Shown here: positions 1 to 12,393 of the stretch, piece after piece
Position numbering within the stretch: position 1 is the stretch's first letter
Layout of the letters: every line of letters begins with the position of its first letter
Assembly: GCA_973895155.1 (NCBI GenBank)
Contig: OZ316892.1
Coordinates: 27,428,307-27,492,306 of the forward strand
DNA from: Marsupella aquatica
Taxonomy: Eukaryota > Plantae > Marchantiophyta
DNA length: 64,000 nucleotides
Reading direction: 5' to 3'
Notes under the pieces: model-generated
What the model saw: only the letters and a program-made list of their open reading frames with translations
Told to the model about the DNA's origin: nothing
Database searches by the model: none
Program-made: the position numbers and the translations under genes

Positions 1-243
1 AAAAAGATGTCAAGGAGAGAAAACATGGCGAAGTGAGAAATAGATGTCAAAGAAAGAAAATATGTTGAGGGTGAAGGAAAGATGCAAGGAAAGATGCCGT
101 AATGAGCTATAGATCGATGTCAATGTGAGAATAAAATGGCGAGATGAGAAAAATATGTCAAAACAAGGTAAAGTTATTGTGGTGGTGTTCAACAACGCAT
201 GTGTTGCACTTAAAAATTGGAGGGCGCAAGATAATGGTCACCG

Positions 244-575
244 TGTTAAGGATTGCTCTTAGTCTTGTGACTCATAGGTTACGGCACTTAGGCTAACCAC
301 AGTTAGGATCTTAGCTGAGGTTAGATTAGTCGTGTGTGACCTTGTATATACCAGGGCTAGTGTAAGCCGCTGGTGTGTGGTGCTTACTGATTGTAATAGA
401 GCAACTTGAGGAAGAGGGAGAGGATGTGTGTTCGTCTACTCTTGAAGTAAAGCTTGAGTGTTCGTGTGGACGTAGCCTTGGAGAAGAGGTGAACCACGTA
501 GAGATTGTGTCGACTACGTGTGCATGGAATGAGTCATGGTTGTATGGTCGTTGCGAATGACGTCTTAGTTCAACA
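244..575 (+). mobile_element. Solo LTR (copia-related family)
   Basis: TGTT...CAACA termini flanked by a perfect 5-bp TSD CACCG (239-243, 576-580). Shares the GTAGCCT...GAGGTGAACCACG block with the copia LTRs at 2169 and 6912. Confidence 0.85.
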
Positions 576-2168
576 CACCGCAGTATAGAGGCCAAACACA
601 ACCGAGTGATAGAAACAAATCTGTTTTTATATTTAATTTTTAGAATAATAAATGTTTTATGTATGGTATTATACTCAAGTTTTTTAATTTAATGCTAAAA
701 TTTTGTTTTTAATTAATATTAAATTAATTATTTATCTTGGTCAGGTTAGGGTAGGTTACGGGTAGCTTGGGAAGGAGAATTGAGATTAAAAGGGGTATGG
801 ATGGATCCAACAGTTCCAGAAAAACAAAATTTTAATGAATGAAGGGCTTAGATTAGTTCCCATTTTTTCTTGAGTTTGTAAATGTAAGATTTATAGAGGA
901 TATGATGTTATAATGACTTCTCATCTCCTTGTACCAAAGTTATTGTGTTTGACTCTATTCAATTAATTTTTTCTCATAATTACAATATGTAGTCAATATT
1001 GTTTTCTTGTGCATTCATGATGATAAAGTGATCTCCTTGATACTCATACAGTCATACATGCAAAAGAGTTAGTTTCATTTTTTGTCTTTTGTTGCCACCA
1101 TTTGATCCCTTTCGTGAAAAGGTTTCCATTCCTTTAGGTCCACGCTATATTTAATTCACTTTTGGTGTTAAGCCTTCTGTTTATTGATTCCTTCTTTTTT
1201 TGGCATTGCAAATTTGAATGACGACCACTTCATAAAAAGGTCCAACCCTTGTCTTTAATTTGGAAGGATTTGGTAAAGCTAACTTGTTTCCAGGTACTCA
1301 CTCACTCATATCAACAATATGAGCAACACTAGGGTTTTTTTGGTGCCCAAAATCTAGTACAACATTGAATTTCTATGGTTAATACCACAACTAGCAAAGT
1401 GTCATTTTAGTTTACCTTACTTTAATATCTTGTTCCCCCAAACTGATCCATCTGCTTATCCAAAACTAATTAATTCCCCACCCCCCTCCCCCTCCAATTC
1501 ATATATATGGGTTGGCTTGACAAGACTATTCTTATCCAAAATGGCACATGGAGGCTTGTGATTCACCCTTGCTAAGCCCCTCCAACTGTGCTTTCACCCT
1601 GGACCAGGTTCACTCAACCAATACTCATTAAAAGGTGAGTGCCTCCTACTGACTATGAGCAAAAGCTATTGAGTTTTGGTCCCCCTCCTTGGCCTCACTT
1701 TTTTTGTTTGTAAGGGGGTGGGCTTGGGCAAATTACATGTCATCTCGGGTTACTCTAGTGTGGTTAGGCCAACAAACATACAAAATGGAGGCAACCTGGA
1801 AATAAATGCATTTTGGGGTCAGGAAAGTAAAAATAATTGTGTATCTTATCAAATATTGATTACCCACATTCCCATGATTGTCGGATGGAGAAACCTGGTC
1901 CAGAATGAAAGTACCATCGGATACATGGGCAAAGAGTAAACCTCCATTGTCCACCATCCAATCACATGTCATCACAGATTAGTATAATTGAGTTGAGCCA
2001 ACTGCCCGGCCAACCCATATACAATATGGGTTGAATCTTCATTATTAAATTAGTTTTATAGCAGGTTAAGAATGTCTACCAATTTGGGGTATTGGATAGT
2101 TAAAGACACTGAGAGAATCTACCTCCAGGAGTGTAGGCACAAAATTATGACAATTTTTGACTGGCAAT

Positions 2169-2513
2169 TGTTAGGATTTACTCTTAGGTCTAGAGTTACG
2201 AATGTACCGTAGTTAAGGCTAACCTTAGTCGCAGACTTGGTTAGGGTAGTCATGCTGTGCACACTCTATAACCAAGTAGTGTTTGCTTGGAGAGGGGGAA
2301 CTCAGACTCATTGTTACGGAGCTAGTTGAGAGATAGAGAGAGCTTGCGTTGTGGATGCTTGGTATGACCGGTCGGCCTAGAGTGCATTAAAGCTCATGTG
2401 TGTTCCCGCGGATGTAGCCTCATGTGGAGGTGAACCACGTATCTCTCTATGTCAACTCTTGTGTGTTGGATGGTTCATGGGCTTGCCGTTGTGATTGTCG
2501 TCTATGCTCAGCA
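2169..2513 (+). repeat. 5' LTR of copia element
   Basis: TG...CA, ~345 bp. About 22 substitutions and 1 indel relative to the 3' LTR by manual comparison. Confidence 0.95.
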
Positions 2514-2515
2514 AT

Positions 2516-2527
2516 TGGTATCAGAGC
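2516..2527 (+). promoter_or_regulatory. Primer binding site (tRNA-iMet)
   Basis: TGGTATCAGAGC two bases after the 5' LTR. Confidence 0.95.
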
Positions 2528-4229
2528 ATGCCTGGGAGGTGACGAGGTTTTTTTGTGACGGTTTTCCAGCTTTCATTGTTGGTGTTGCATTCGGGGTTTC
2601 GTCGCATGAAACTCGAATGTGTGTGGCTGAGCGACTAGGTTAGTGAGAGGGCTTTCTAACGGTGGTTAGAACTCGCTGATCAGTATCTATGGTGCGGAGG
2701 AATTGAAGTTTGCATCGTTTAGGGTTTATTCGTGTTCGACGGGATTTCAGGGGAGAGACCAGAGATTGTTTTTTCAATGGTGTGAGTTGTGCGGTGTGGG
2801 AGGCATCGCTTGTTATAGCTCAAGTTGAAGGTTGAAGCGAGCTGGTTGTTTTGGTACCTGGTTTGCTGGCGTTTGTGGAGCGAGTATGTCGTGACGAGTG
2901 AAAGTTGAGTTCTGGTTTTTTGACAAGCTATGGTGCTTGTTTTTTCCTGAACCAGATTACTTGTTGTGACGCTTGACTCGGAGGAAAAAACGCAAAGTGC
3001 TGAGGCTCAACGGAGAGATCATGGTGAGGCGATCATTTTGAGTCCAGGATTGGCCCTTGACGCGGAGAGAGTAAGACACGGCGGAGGTTTTCTCTTCTCT
3101 GGTGGAGCTGCAGACATGCCGGTGCAATTCGGCAACTTTTTCATGTCGGCGGTCATCACTTTTCTCATTGGAAACCGAAGCGGAGGTAGTTGAGGTTTGT
3201 AACACGGCCTTTGTGTCATTTTTTGGCATATTTTAAGGTTAGTTTAGGGCATTTTTTTGCCCCCATACGGCCTGTATACCTTCAAATCCTGACAAACCTA
3301 CTTCGCCATATGCCGGCGCGCGGCCCGGCCTCCCACACCCCTTTAAGCGCAAAAATGTGCTTTTCTTGGTGAAAATACGGCCCAAAACGCCCTTATACGG
3401 CCCGAATACACAAAAATACGCGCATTTTGACCCCTTTAAACCCATTTTTCACGTTTTTTTGCACATTATACGTGATTCTGGTCGCGAATACGCGCGCGTG
3501 GCCGTGAATACATGCACCTTTTCCAGGGGCTTTAAGACCCCTTTAAAGTGCTTTCTTCTGAAATTTTTTTCTCCTCCTCCTCATTGGTTGTGCCGCATCC
3601 GGGGCCCTGTGACCCTCCATTTTAACTGCTTAGACAGGGGGAACGGCCCCCTGTGAGACTTGTCAGACTATGCGGGAATATTCTCAAAAAATAGAGAGCT
3701 ATTTTTTGGCCGTCCGACAAAGATTCTGTCCGCCGAACGGTAACTTTTTTGGTTCTTTTTTGGCAAGGTCGTAGCCATTGAAGTTGGCAACGCGGCGCAC
3801 GGATCACATCGCAATTCCGACAACGGGTCATACTTGGTATTTCGGTTATTCCTTGAGGTGGTCAAAACGGGGGAGTTTCCCAAGGTTTTACCCACCTCGA
3901 CCGAAATTTGAATAACTTTTCCGTCAAATTTTGATCTTGATTTCAGTTTTCAGTATTGGACTCCTAGCTTCGTGGGCTATGCAGCGGTGTTGAGTTTCGA
4001 GTTTTTTGAGAAGTTGTGAAAAATGATATTTTTTGTGATTTTCTCATATGAGTGATTCGGAGGAGTTTTTCGAAGACGTGGAACTTGAAGCACGAGGATC
4101 ACCGCGGCAGTTTGAGGGGCATAGAGAGGAGTAGGAGGAAGAGCACGTGACACGGATACCATCACCGGTGCGGCGTGTGGTGGAGGAAGTAGTACCACTA
4201 CCGGAGCTCACGGTAGTGCCAAAGAAGAA

Positions 4230-6891
4230 GATGGGGACAAGCTTGGGGGACCCAAGTATGAAGTGACAAAGTATGATGGGCGCTCTGACTACTTGCTATG
4301 GGAGAAGCAGGTGAAGGAAGTGCTCTATGCGTCAGGGATGGGCCAACTACTGAGCCCTCATGAAGACGATGTTGATGAGAAACAATGGGACCGCATGCAG
4401 GAGTAGGGAGTGTGGTGTGTTACACTCTATCTCATGTCTCCCATCATCAAGCAATTGGGTGCACATAAGGATTGCATGTCCTTGTTTGTGGAATTGCAGA
4501 GCAAGTATCACTGCAAGGAGTTGTTGAACCGGCTCTACACTTCCTACAAACTGATGAGTTTCAGGATGAAGGAATCCGGTACGAAGTTGCAAGACCATGT
4601 GGATGCTTTCAACGACATGGTCGTTGACTTGGAAAACCTTGGGGAGACTTTGAATGATGAGACGAAGGCTCTGTAGCTTCTCAATTCATTGCCTCCATCC
4701 TACCAGTCCCTATCACGAGTGTTGTTATATCGTGATAGGGATACCATTTCATACAATGACGTGGTAATCTGCTTAGTGATGATCTTCAGCAGAAGATGCA
4801 CATCACGTCACAGCTTTCATCATCTGGTGCTGCCCTCAATGTTAACCGTGGGAGGAGTATGCAACGACCAACTGGGGACCGTAGAACCTAGTTTAGATCT
4901 AAATCCAGATCTAAGTCCAGGGGTAAATCCCCTCAAAGGAGGCAGGTGACATGTTGGAAGTGCAACCAAGTTGGACACTTCAAGCAAGATTGTAAGGGAA
5001 AGGCAGCGGAAACTTCATCACCAAATATGGCTAGGGCTGATGGAGAAGCTGATTTACTCAATGGTGAGTATGTTTTATGAAGCCGAGGGTATGCCCTATG
5101 CACGTCATCTAGGAGAGCAGATGATGTGTGGATTCTTGATTGTGCTTGCTCTTTTCATATTTGTTACATTCGTGAGTTTTTCAGTTCTTACTCTATTTCA
5201 AACGATTCAATTCTGATGGGAAATGATCACTCCTGTCAAATTGAGGGAATTGGATCTGTAAAGATTCAAATGTTTGATGGCGCTGTGCGCACGGTGTCCG
5301 GAGTCAGGTATGTACCTGGCATGCGTAAGAATCTGATTTCACTCGGTGTGTTGGATTCAAATGGTCATCAATGGAGCGTTATTGATGATGAACTTCAAGT
5401 CAGGTCAGGAGAGACAGTGATTTTGAAGGGAAGCAGATAGAAGAATTTGTATGTGTTACAGGGCAATACTGTATGTGGAGAGGCCAATGTAACCAAGTCT
5501 CACGAGAAGATGACTCAACTGTGGCATTCACGGCTAGGCCACATGAGTGAGAAGAGTTTGGCTATCTTACAAAAGAATGGACTTATTTTTGATTTGCAAT
5601 CTTGTAAATTAGAGTTCTGTGAGCATTGTATTCTTGGAAAGTAGCATCATCGTGCTTTCGGTGTTGGAACTCATCGTTCCAAAGCGGTTCTTGAGTACAT
5701 ACATAGTGACGTGTGGGGTCCATCCCCGACTCCCTCACACTCTGGAAAGTTAACTATGTATCATTTATTGACAATTATTCAAGATTTGTGTGGATTTATT
5801 TCATGACGCATAAGTCTGATGTCTTGTCCATTTTTAAGAAGTGGAAGGCCCAGGTGGAGAATCAGACTGGAAACACGGTGAAGTGTTTGGATACAAGGGT
5901 GAAGAGTCTAAGGTCAGACAACGGCGGGGAGTACACTTCAGTGGAATTTGAAGAGTACTGTTCAGAACAGGGGATAACTCGTCATCTCACCACAGTTTAT
6001 ACTCCGCAGCAGAATGGTGTCACTGAGAGGCTCAATCGGACACTGTTGGAGTGGTCACGGAGTATGTTGAGCCAATCAAGTTTACCACAAGAATTTTGGG
6101 CAGAAGCTATCAATACCGTAGCTTATTTGATAAATCTTTCTCCTTCTAGTGCTATCAATTTCAAAACGCCGTTTGAGATGCGCTATAAGCGGCAAGCAGA
6201 CTATCATGGCTTGGTAGTTTTTGGAAGTGATGCATATGCTCTCACACCGAAGCAGAATAGGACCAAGTTGGATCCTACTTCCAAGAAATGTATGTTTCTT
6301 GGGTACCAGAGTGGTGTGAAAGCCTATAGGCTATGGGATCCTATTGCCTGTAAGCTCGTTGTTAGTATGGATGTTTCCTTCAATGAATCCAGATTATTGA
6401 AGAAGGGGGAGAATACTCAGGTCTCCCGTACTGACAAAGGAAAATCTCCTATCCTGGATCTCATTGAGGGGGAGATTGTTCATGAGGTGCATGACCAGAG
6501 AGAAGGAGTTGCTCCAATTATGGAGTTGGTTCCTGTGCCAGAGGAACCAGAGGAGTTTGTTGATGCTGGTGAGCAGCAAGTGGATGTTGCTAAGCTTCAA
6601 ATTGTACCAGCACACGCAGATCAACCGGAGTCATCGGCTAGAAGAGCATCTGGTCGCACTGTACGCGCTCCACCAAGGTATGGACAGTGGGTTGATTTAT
6701 CTCAATTGCAAGAGGAGTACTTTGTTACTGATGATGAGGGTGATGCGTTGATTTTGGAAGAAGGGGAACCTTCTTCATTTCATGAAGCAAGTGCTTCAAA
6801 GGAGAAGCAGGAGTGGGCTGTAGCAATGCAAACAGAAATGCAGTCACTCAAGGACAACAAAACTTGGGAGCTTGTCTTTACCCTCTCCTAG
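4230..6891 (+). pseudogene. Disrupted copia gag-protease-integrase polyprotein
   Basis: gag KYDGRSDYLLW and zinc knuckle (CWKCNQVGHFKQDC), protease WILDCACSFHI, GAG-pre-integrase LWHSRLGH...CEHC, integrase SDNGGEY...TPQQNGVTER. Ends at MQSLKDNKTWELV (start of RT). Several stops and frameshifts; start approximate. Confidence 0.93.
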
Positions 6892-6911
6892 ACCAGAGTC
6901 AAGGGGGAGAT

Positions 6912-7255
6912 TGTTAGGATTTACTCTTAGGTCTAGAGTTACAAATGTACCGTAGTTAAGGCTAACCTTAGTCGCGGACTTGGTTAGGTTAGTTGTACTG
7001 TGCACACTCTATAACCAAGCAGTGTTTGCTTGGAGAGGGGGAACTCAGGCTCATTGTTACGGAGCTAGTTGAGAGATAGAGAGAGCTTGCGTTGTGGATG
7101 CTTGGTATGGACGGTCGGCCTAGAGGGCAGTAAAGCACATGTGTGTTCCCGTGGCGTAGCCTCATGTGGAGGTGAACCACGGATCTCTCTGTGTCGACTC
7201 TTGTGCATTGGATGGTTCATGGGCTTGCCGTTGTGATTGTTGTCTATGCTCAACA
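6912..7255 (+). repeat. 3' LTR of copia element
   Basis: Direct repeat of 2169-2513, preceded by the PPT and followed by TSD GCAAT. Confidence 0.95.
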
Positions 7256-7260
7256 GCAAT

Positions 7261-7476
7261 CACTCCACATTTGTGAGTACAACACAACATCATATCCACA
7301 ATCACAATTATTCCTTGCACCCACTCCGCCACCTCGACCATCACATCCACGGTGCACATCAAAAATATGAGATGTACAGTGTACGACATCCCTCCATACC
7401 ATGATAAACCTCGTTATTTTCTTTAAATCAATGAGTGCACACCGTATGTTACCACATTTTGATGTGTGATTACCGG
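7261..7476. mobile_element. MITE (CCGGTAAT TIR family), apparently interrupted by the copia
   Basis: 7352-7476 is homologous to 59340-59461. Right TIR is GTGATTACCGG. The left TIR is reconstructed as CTGGCAATCAC across the copia insertion site. Confidence 0.6.
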
Positions 7477-7939
7477 CAGGGGCATCTATGTACAGCTCTC
7501 ATGGGGGCTACTAGCGGATGAGGGCCTGAGGGTGAAGGTTTGACCCTAGGAGAGACCTATAGGGGGGAAGGTGGAAAGAAATTGGAAAAGAGAAAAGGTG
7601 TTTGAGTGTTTCTTTTGGATTGAGACGTTAAAGACACCACAGCAACCACACATTCTCCTACTACACATGCGTTTAGATCCAAGGGCTATTGTGTTTCCCT
7701 CTATTGTAGCTATAGGTGTCAAACACTCTACTTTATAGTGAAGTTGTCATGATATACTTGTAGTGCCAGTGAAGGTTTTCCCTCTGTCCTAGCAATAGGT
7801 GTCAAACACTATGCTTTATAGCTCGCTTTACAGTGAAGCTATGAAGATTATTGATTTTGTAGGCCATATTTACAATGTATATTAGCATTAGCAACATATA
7901 AATGGTTGACTGCCCCTTTCCACATGTAAAGTGTCGGCA

Positions 7940-8066
7940 GCCGCCTTGTTTTTGAAAAAAAACAATTAAGGGGAAATCTGTGAAACCCCACAAAAAGGGA
8001 ATAGTTAGTCACAAGAGCTGAACCCAAGACCTATCAGTGTGAGTTACCACAAATGCATGCCTCTTG
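7940..8066 (-). mobile_element. Short dispersed repeat, SINE-like family B (copy 1)
   Basis: Homologous to 25168-25282 (-) and 54336-54467 (+). Minus strand reads GAGGCATG..TGTGGTA..GATAGGTCTTGGGTTCAG..GTGGGGTTTCACAG. Confidence 0.55.
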
Positions 8067-8273
8067 GCTTTGTCCATTCTTTTACCTGCTATTTGAGTGC
8101 AATGTTATCTTGGGTGGTGTTGAGACGATGACTTAGACTTCTGAGCAGATCGGACTCTGGCCATCCACTCTGCTTTCATCGCCTGGAAGAGAGTGAGTGT
8201 TGGCTTACGGGCTACTTATAAATCAAGGCTCTCATTCTCAGTTACCCAATTTGATAACATGCTGACTGTAAGT

Positions 8274-8634
8274 TGTTGGGAAATATTGCACATCATAACG
8301 TCACTAACAACCAGCGTAAACAAGAAAATCAACACCCGACACATAGATATGTGGTTCCCCCCGTTTGGGCTACGTCCACGGCCGAGAGAAGAATCCTTAT
8401 ACACAAACCAGTACACCCGCCATAGTCTAGCAAGCTCACAAGCTGCTCTATGACAATCCTCTTCTCTCTCGCTCAGTCTTAACTCCTGAAACTGACATCT
8501 AAGTATGAGCACAATGAAGTGCTCTCACAAGGGTATTCCCCCCTCAGTCTCCACTAGTCTAACTCAGCAACCCTTAACCATAGTTAGTCCATGCCCTAGT
8601 TAACCTAACCAAGTGCTAGAGTTAAGTACCAACA
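8274..8634 (-). mobile_element. Solo LTR, reverse orientation
   Basis: TGTTGG...CCAACA termini, near-perfect TSD TAAGT/TAAAT. Minus strand has the GTGGACGTAGCC...GAACCAC block seen in the other LTRs. Confidence 0.75.
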
Positions 8635-9193
8635 TAAATAGGAGTCATGGGAAATGAAACTGAGCCTCAACCCTTGGTTTTTTGGGGGTTTTTTTTCAAA
8701 ACAATCGGGGAGGGCCAGAACCCAGAACAAACAGCCACCCAAGGGGAGTTCTAAGGCCAAGCCCAAAACCAACTGATCCAGGCAGGAGGCCCAGATTAAC
8801 CAACCAGTGGTAGCGGAAGTGAGCAACCTACTGCTAAATCGCTCCGTAAATCACTTTTGACCCCTAATAGCCTGGAAAAAGGTTTTCCAGTTCTTCTCTT
8901 TCCTAGTCCTACTACCTTGGGGAATGCCATTGTGGCAGGTAGGGACCTCAGTGTCAAGAATGATAAACTGTTGTGGTCCCCTACTACCTCGAAGTCCCCT
9001 GCTAGGTCCCAGCTCCCAGCTCAGAGGGTGGGAATCCCCTTGCTGAGGCGGATCCAGGAAGCTGGTGTGGAACACATGATTATCGTTGGCCAAGACACTG
9101 GATTCCAGGCCTAAAGTATCAATGATCTCAGTCATGGTCATGGTGAGGACAGAGTGGGGTCAGGATATCTGTTTGCTCCCATTGATAATAGAT

Positions 9194-9354
9194 TGGTTTA
9201 GTCCATAGTATAAATCAGCGTCACACCAGAGTAGATCACAATATTGAAACTCCAGCAATGGACCCACTAGTATACTGGTTTAGTCCATAGTATACATCAG
9301 CGTTAGACCAGAGTAGATCACAATATTGAAAATTCAGCGATGGACCCACTAGTA
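9194..9354. repeat. Tandem duplication, 2 x ~82 bp
   Basis: TGGTTTAGTCCATAGTAT...GGACCCACTAGTA starts at 9194 and 9276. Confidence 0.9.
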
Positions 9355-9559
9355 GGTCAAAAGTGATATTTTTCTCTAGTAACCAAAAATCCAATGCCTG
9401 AAAATCATTACAATGAATGGGTTGGACCTTGACTTTTCAGATATCAGTTATTGTGTTCAAGCAACTTGACTTTTTAGTTGTTGGGTTGGTTCAACAACCC
9501 AGTTAAGCTAAATCTTTTCAGTAAGGATGGGAGATGCTCAAGGGAAATAGATGAAAATA

Positions 9560-10130
9560 AGAAACTTTGTCAAAGGACAAAAAGCCTCATACAAGGAGAC
9601 AGGATCCCAATGGCAATAAGCCTAATAAAGGATTCAAATTAAAGGAAAATCCCACTAATACCAAAGAGGCAAAAAGCCCAAGAGCCAGAGAGCCCAAGAG
9701 TCCCCAAACAACGTCACAAACACTAAAAAATTTCATTGAACAACAAACCACAAAGCCTGGTAGGACTCCAGAGTAAATGCAAGTAAATGCCACAGGAGGG
9801 TCCCAGAAAACCAAAAAAAACCAAGACAGACAAAGAGCCATTGAGCAACAAAAAAAAAGGCCTGGTAGGACTCCATAATAAATGCCATAGGAGGGTCCTA
9901 GAAAACAAAATAACAGAAGACCAAGAAAGACAAAGAGCCACGGAGCAACACACCGAAAAGTCTGGTAGGACTCGAGAGTAAATGCCATAGGAAGGTCCCA
10001 AATACAAAGAGTCAGAAACCCCCAAGTGTCCATCAACAAAAGAAGTAAAGCAAATCTGTGCCACAAACGGAAAAGCCTCATATTGCTCACAGGGGGCAAA
10101 GCAAAAGGCAGCTTATAGACTCCCAAAAAG
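9560..10130 (-). repeat. Degenerate T-rich retroelement 3'-tail-like region with ~105-110 bp internal repeats
   Basis: CTGGTAGGACTC..TAAATGC recurs three times. The minus strand carries TGGGACC motifs like the tails at 17890-18095 and 24940-25140. Confidence 0.5.
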
Positions 10131-10838
10131 GGGTGGGAGTCTATATAGGGGGGGGGGGGGGGGGACAGAACGGATAAGGGAGATTTGTATCAGATTATTA
10201 GATTAGATATAATAACGATAATAATAATATGAAAAGAAAAGAAAAGAAAAATTTGGAGAAACGATAAGGGCGAAGAAGACGGCACAGGGGTCGGGTTCCA
10301 TGTGACCGTGTTCGGGGTTGAGGGAGGAGCGACGGTCCTTTCCGACACCACTTAGCAGAGAAGGTTCGTGACGTTCTTCAGTACGAGGAGAAACGTCACA
10401 ATTAGTCGCGTAACTAGTTTGTCATTACTCACAGAAGCACCCCGTCGTCCAGTAATCGGGCACCGGAGACCAACCCGGGGAACCGGCAACACGACCGGAT
10501 ATTCAGAAAGACGCCGGGAAAGACGTCCACGAAGAAGCCGGAAAGGCAGTCGAAGAAGGAGCAGAAGTCGATTGAGGAAGACGTCGAAGAGAAGCACATA
10601 AGTCGAAGCAGAAGTCGACGAAGGAGAAGAAGGAGTCGAAAAGCAAGAGGAGGAGCAGGAGAAGCAACGAAAGAACGTAAGGAGCTCGATAACGCGTTTT
10701 GAAGAGGCTTTCGTGGGTGCGTTCGTCGTAGAAAGAACCAGATTGGTCCCATCCCTTTGCATATTTTGAAGAAGATTCAAGTGACTAAAGAGCGGAAGTG
10801 GCAGAGAACGCGTTGAATGAGCTTTTGTGGGTCTGTTC

Positions 10839-10842
<4 letters not shown>

Positions 10843-10873
<31 letters not shown>
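10843..10873. repeat. (GA)n microsatellite
   Basis: About 15 GA units upstream of the thioredoxin gene. Confidence 0.95.
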
Positions 10874-10874
<1 letters not shown>

Positions 10875-11183
10875 GTATTGTTCCCTTTGCATACACCGGA
10901 ACTAATTCTATATATTAGGGATTGGTAAGATTGGGTTGTGCATCATCATCATTTGTTTGAACTTGGAGCCAGGGAGGGATTCGGATAAGGAGCGTTAAAG
11001 CAAGCAGGGAGGAGGGATATAGAGTTTTAAGCAATACATTTGCGGTGCTTATTTTCTTGACGTGGTGAGAGGGGGCGTTTCGTGGTCGACTTTGTATTTC
11101 ATAAACCGTTTCTGATCTTCGTGTTCTATATCGTCGCGTTGGGGCTTCGAAAGCAGCTAGGGTCTTCGAGATCAGCAGAAGCA

Positions 11184-12393
11184 ATGGCAGACCACGGTAA
11201 GGTAATTGAAATCAAAACCGTCGCGCAGTGGGAGGCCAAGTTGGAGGAGGCAGCACATGCTAAGAAAGTGGTGCGTTTGCTTCTGTTTCCTTACTCTAAT
11301 GATTATCCGATCTTTTGCGTGCTGTGTGGCTGACGCACATTTTCTTGCGCTGCCTTGTTTTCTGATGGTACAGCACCTCCAGATTTGTGGTCTTTACCCC
11401 GTTGTCAAGTTCTGAATTTGTCGCTGGGTTGTTATGTGGAGGAGTAGTAGATTACCCTTATCCTTTTATTGTGACGTCAAGACATTGACGTGGCGAATGA
11501 TTGTTTTCGTATATCCCTGTTTTGTATTTTGTGCACCGTTTTCGGTACTCATATTCACCGGTCCTCCCAATGTGTAGCCAGTAGAGGGACTTCTCAGAGG
11601 TACGAGTAGGCTGGCTCTGTGTATCCTGGAGCGAGATTAGAGTCTGGATTTGTCGCGTGTGTGGAGCGCAGGACTCTAATTTAGCGAGATCAGTTTATCA
11701 GTGTAAGGCAAGAAATGGATGTCGCAGATATGAGTTGAAGTGACAGGTTGTGGCTGAGTGTAAACAATTTGTGGTTTTGACGTTGGGTGCCCAGATTGTT
11801 GTCGACTTCACAGCCACATGGTGCGCTCCATGTAGGCAGATGGCTCCTATCTTTGCAAGTCTTTCCGAGAAACACACGAATCTCATTTTCGTGAAGGTTG
11901 ACGTGGATCAATTGCAGGCGAGTCCTTCTCGTGCATTTCGCCAGATCAGCAATGCATCTAGCCTGCTTCGTCCATCTTACTTTCATGATAGTCGTCGCAT
12001 AACTTCCTATAGGTGTCGTCTTCTTAGTATAGGTGGAAGTTGTTGAGTGTGAATGTTCTGTTCTTCAGAGTGAGCGGTTGATTTTGCCCTTGAATTTCCC
12101 TTTGGGTCCCGGTCCCCCCTTCGTCATGCTTATGGATTTTTTCTACTGGCCCAGAAGTGACAGAACCATCGGAAGGTTGGATTGAATGCCTTTTTCGCCG
12201 GCTTTTTGAGTTACTTTTGGAGCTCACATTTATTGAGCTTGGCTTGCAGGACGTTGCTGCGAACTGGGATGTGCAAGCTATGCCCACGTTTATTTTCATC
12301 AAGGATAAGAAGGTGGTCCACAAGATTGTTGGAGCCAACAAGGACGAGCTGGAAAAGAAGTCCGTCCATTACGCAAGTAGCGTCCTGGCATAG
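11184..12393 (+). CDS. TRXH: Thioredoxin h (3 exons, WCAPC active site)
   Basis: Exons 11184-11270, 11795-11917, 12250-12393. Protein [11 protein letters not shown]...[18 protein letters not shown]...FVKVDVD...[22 protein letters not shown]. Intron 2 has a GC donor (CAG|GCGAGT). Confidence 0.95.

Larger units (their letters stand above)
2169..7255 (+). mobile_element. Ty1/copia LTR retrotransposon, non-autonomous (RT/RNase H missing)
   Basis: 5' LTR 2169-2513, 3' LTR 6912-7255, TSD GCAAT (2164-2168, 7256-7260), PBS TGGTATCAGAGC 2516-2527, PPT AAGGGGGAGA 6901-6910. Domain order gag-protease-integrase. Confidence 0.97.

Noticed and set aside
8790-9170. Minus-strand LINE C-terminal remnant (ANDNHVFH)
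   Set aside because: Only a faint resemblance to the W..RN..VF motif, too weak to call.
9587-10126. 179-aa hydrophobic membrane-protein ORF
   Set aside because: It arises from T-rich repeated tail sequence, and the peptide repeats mirror the DNA repeats.
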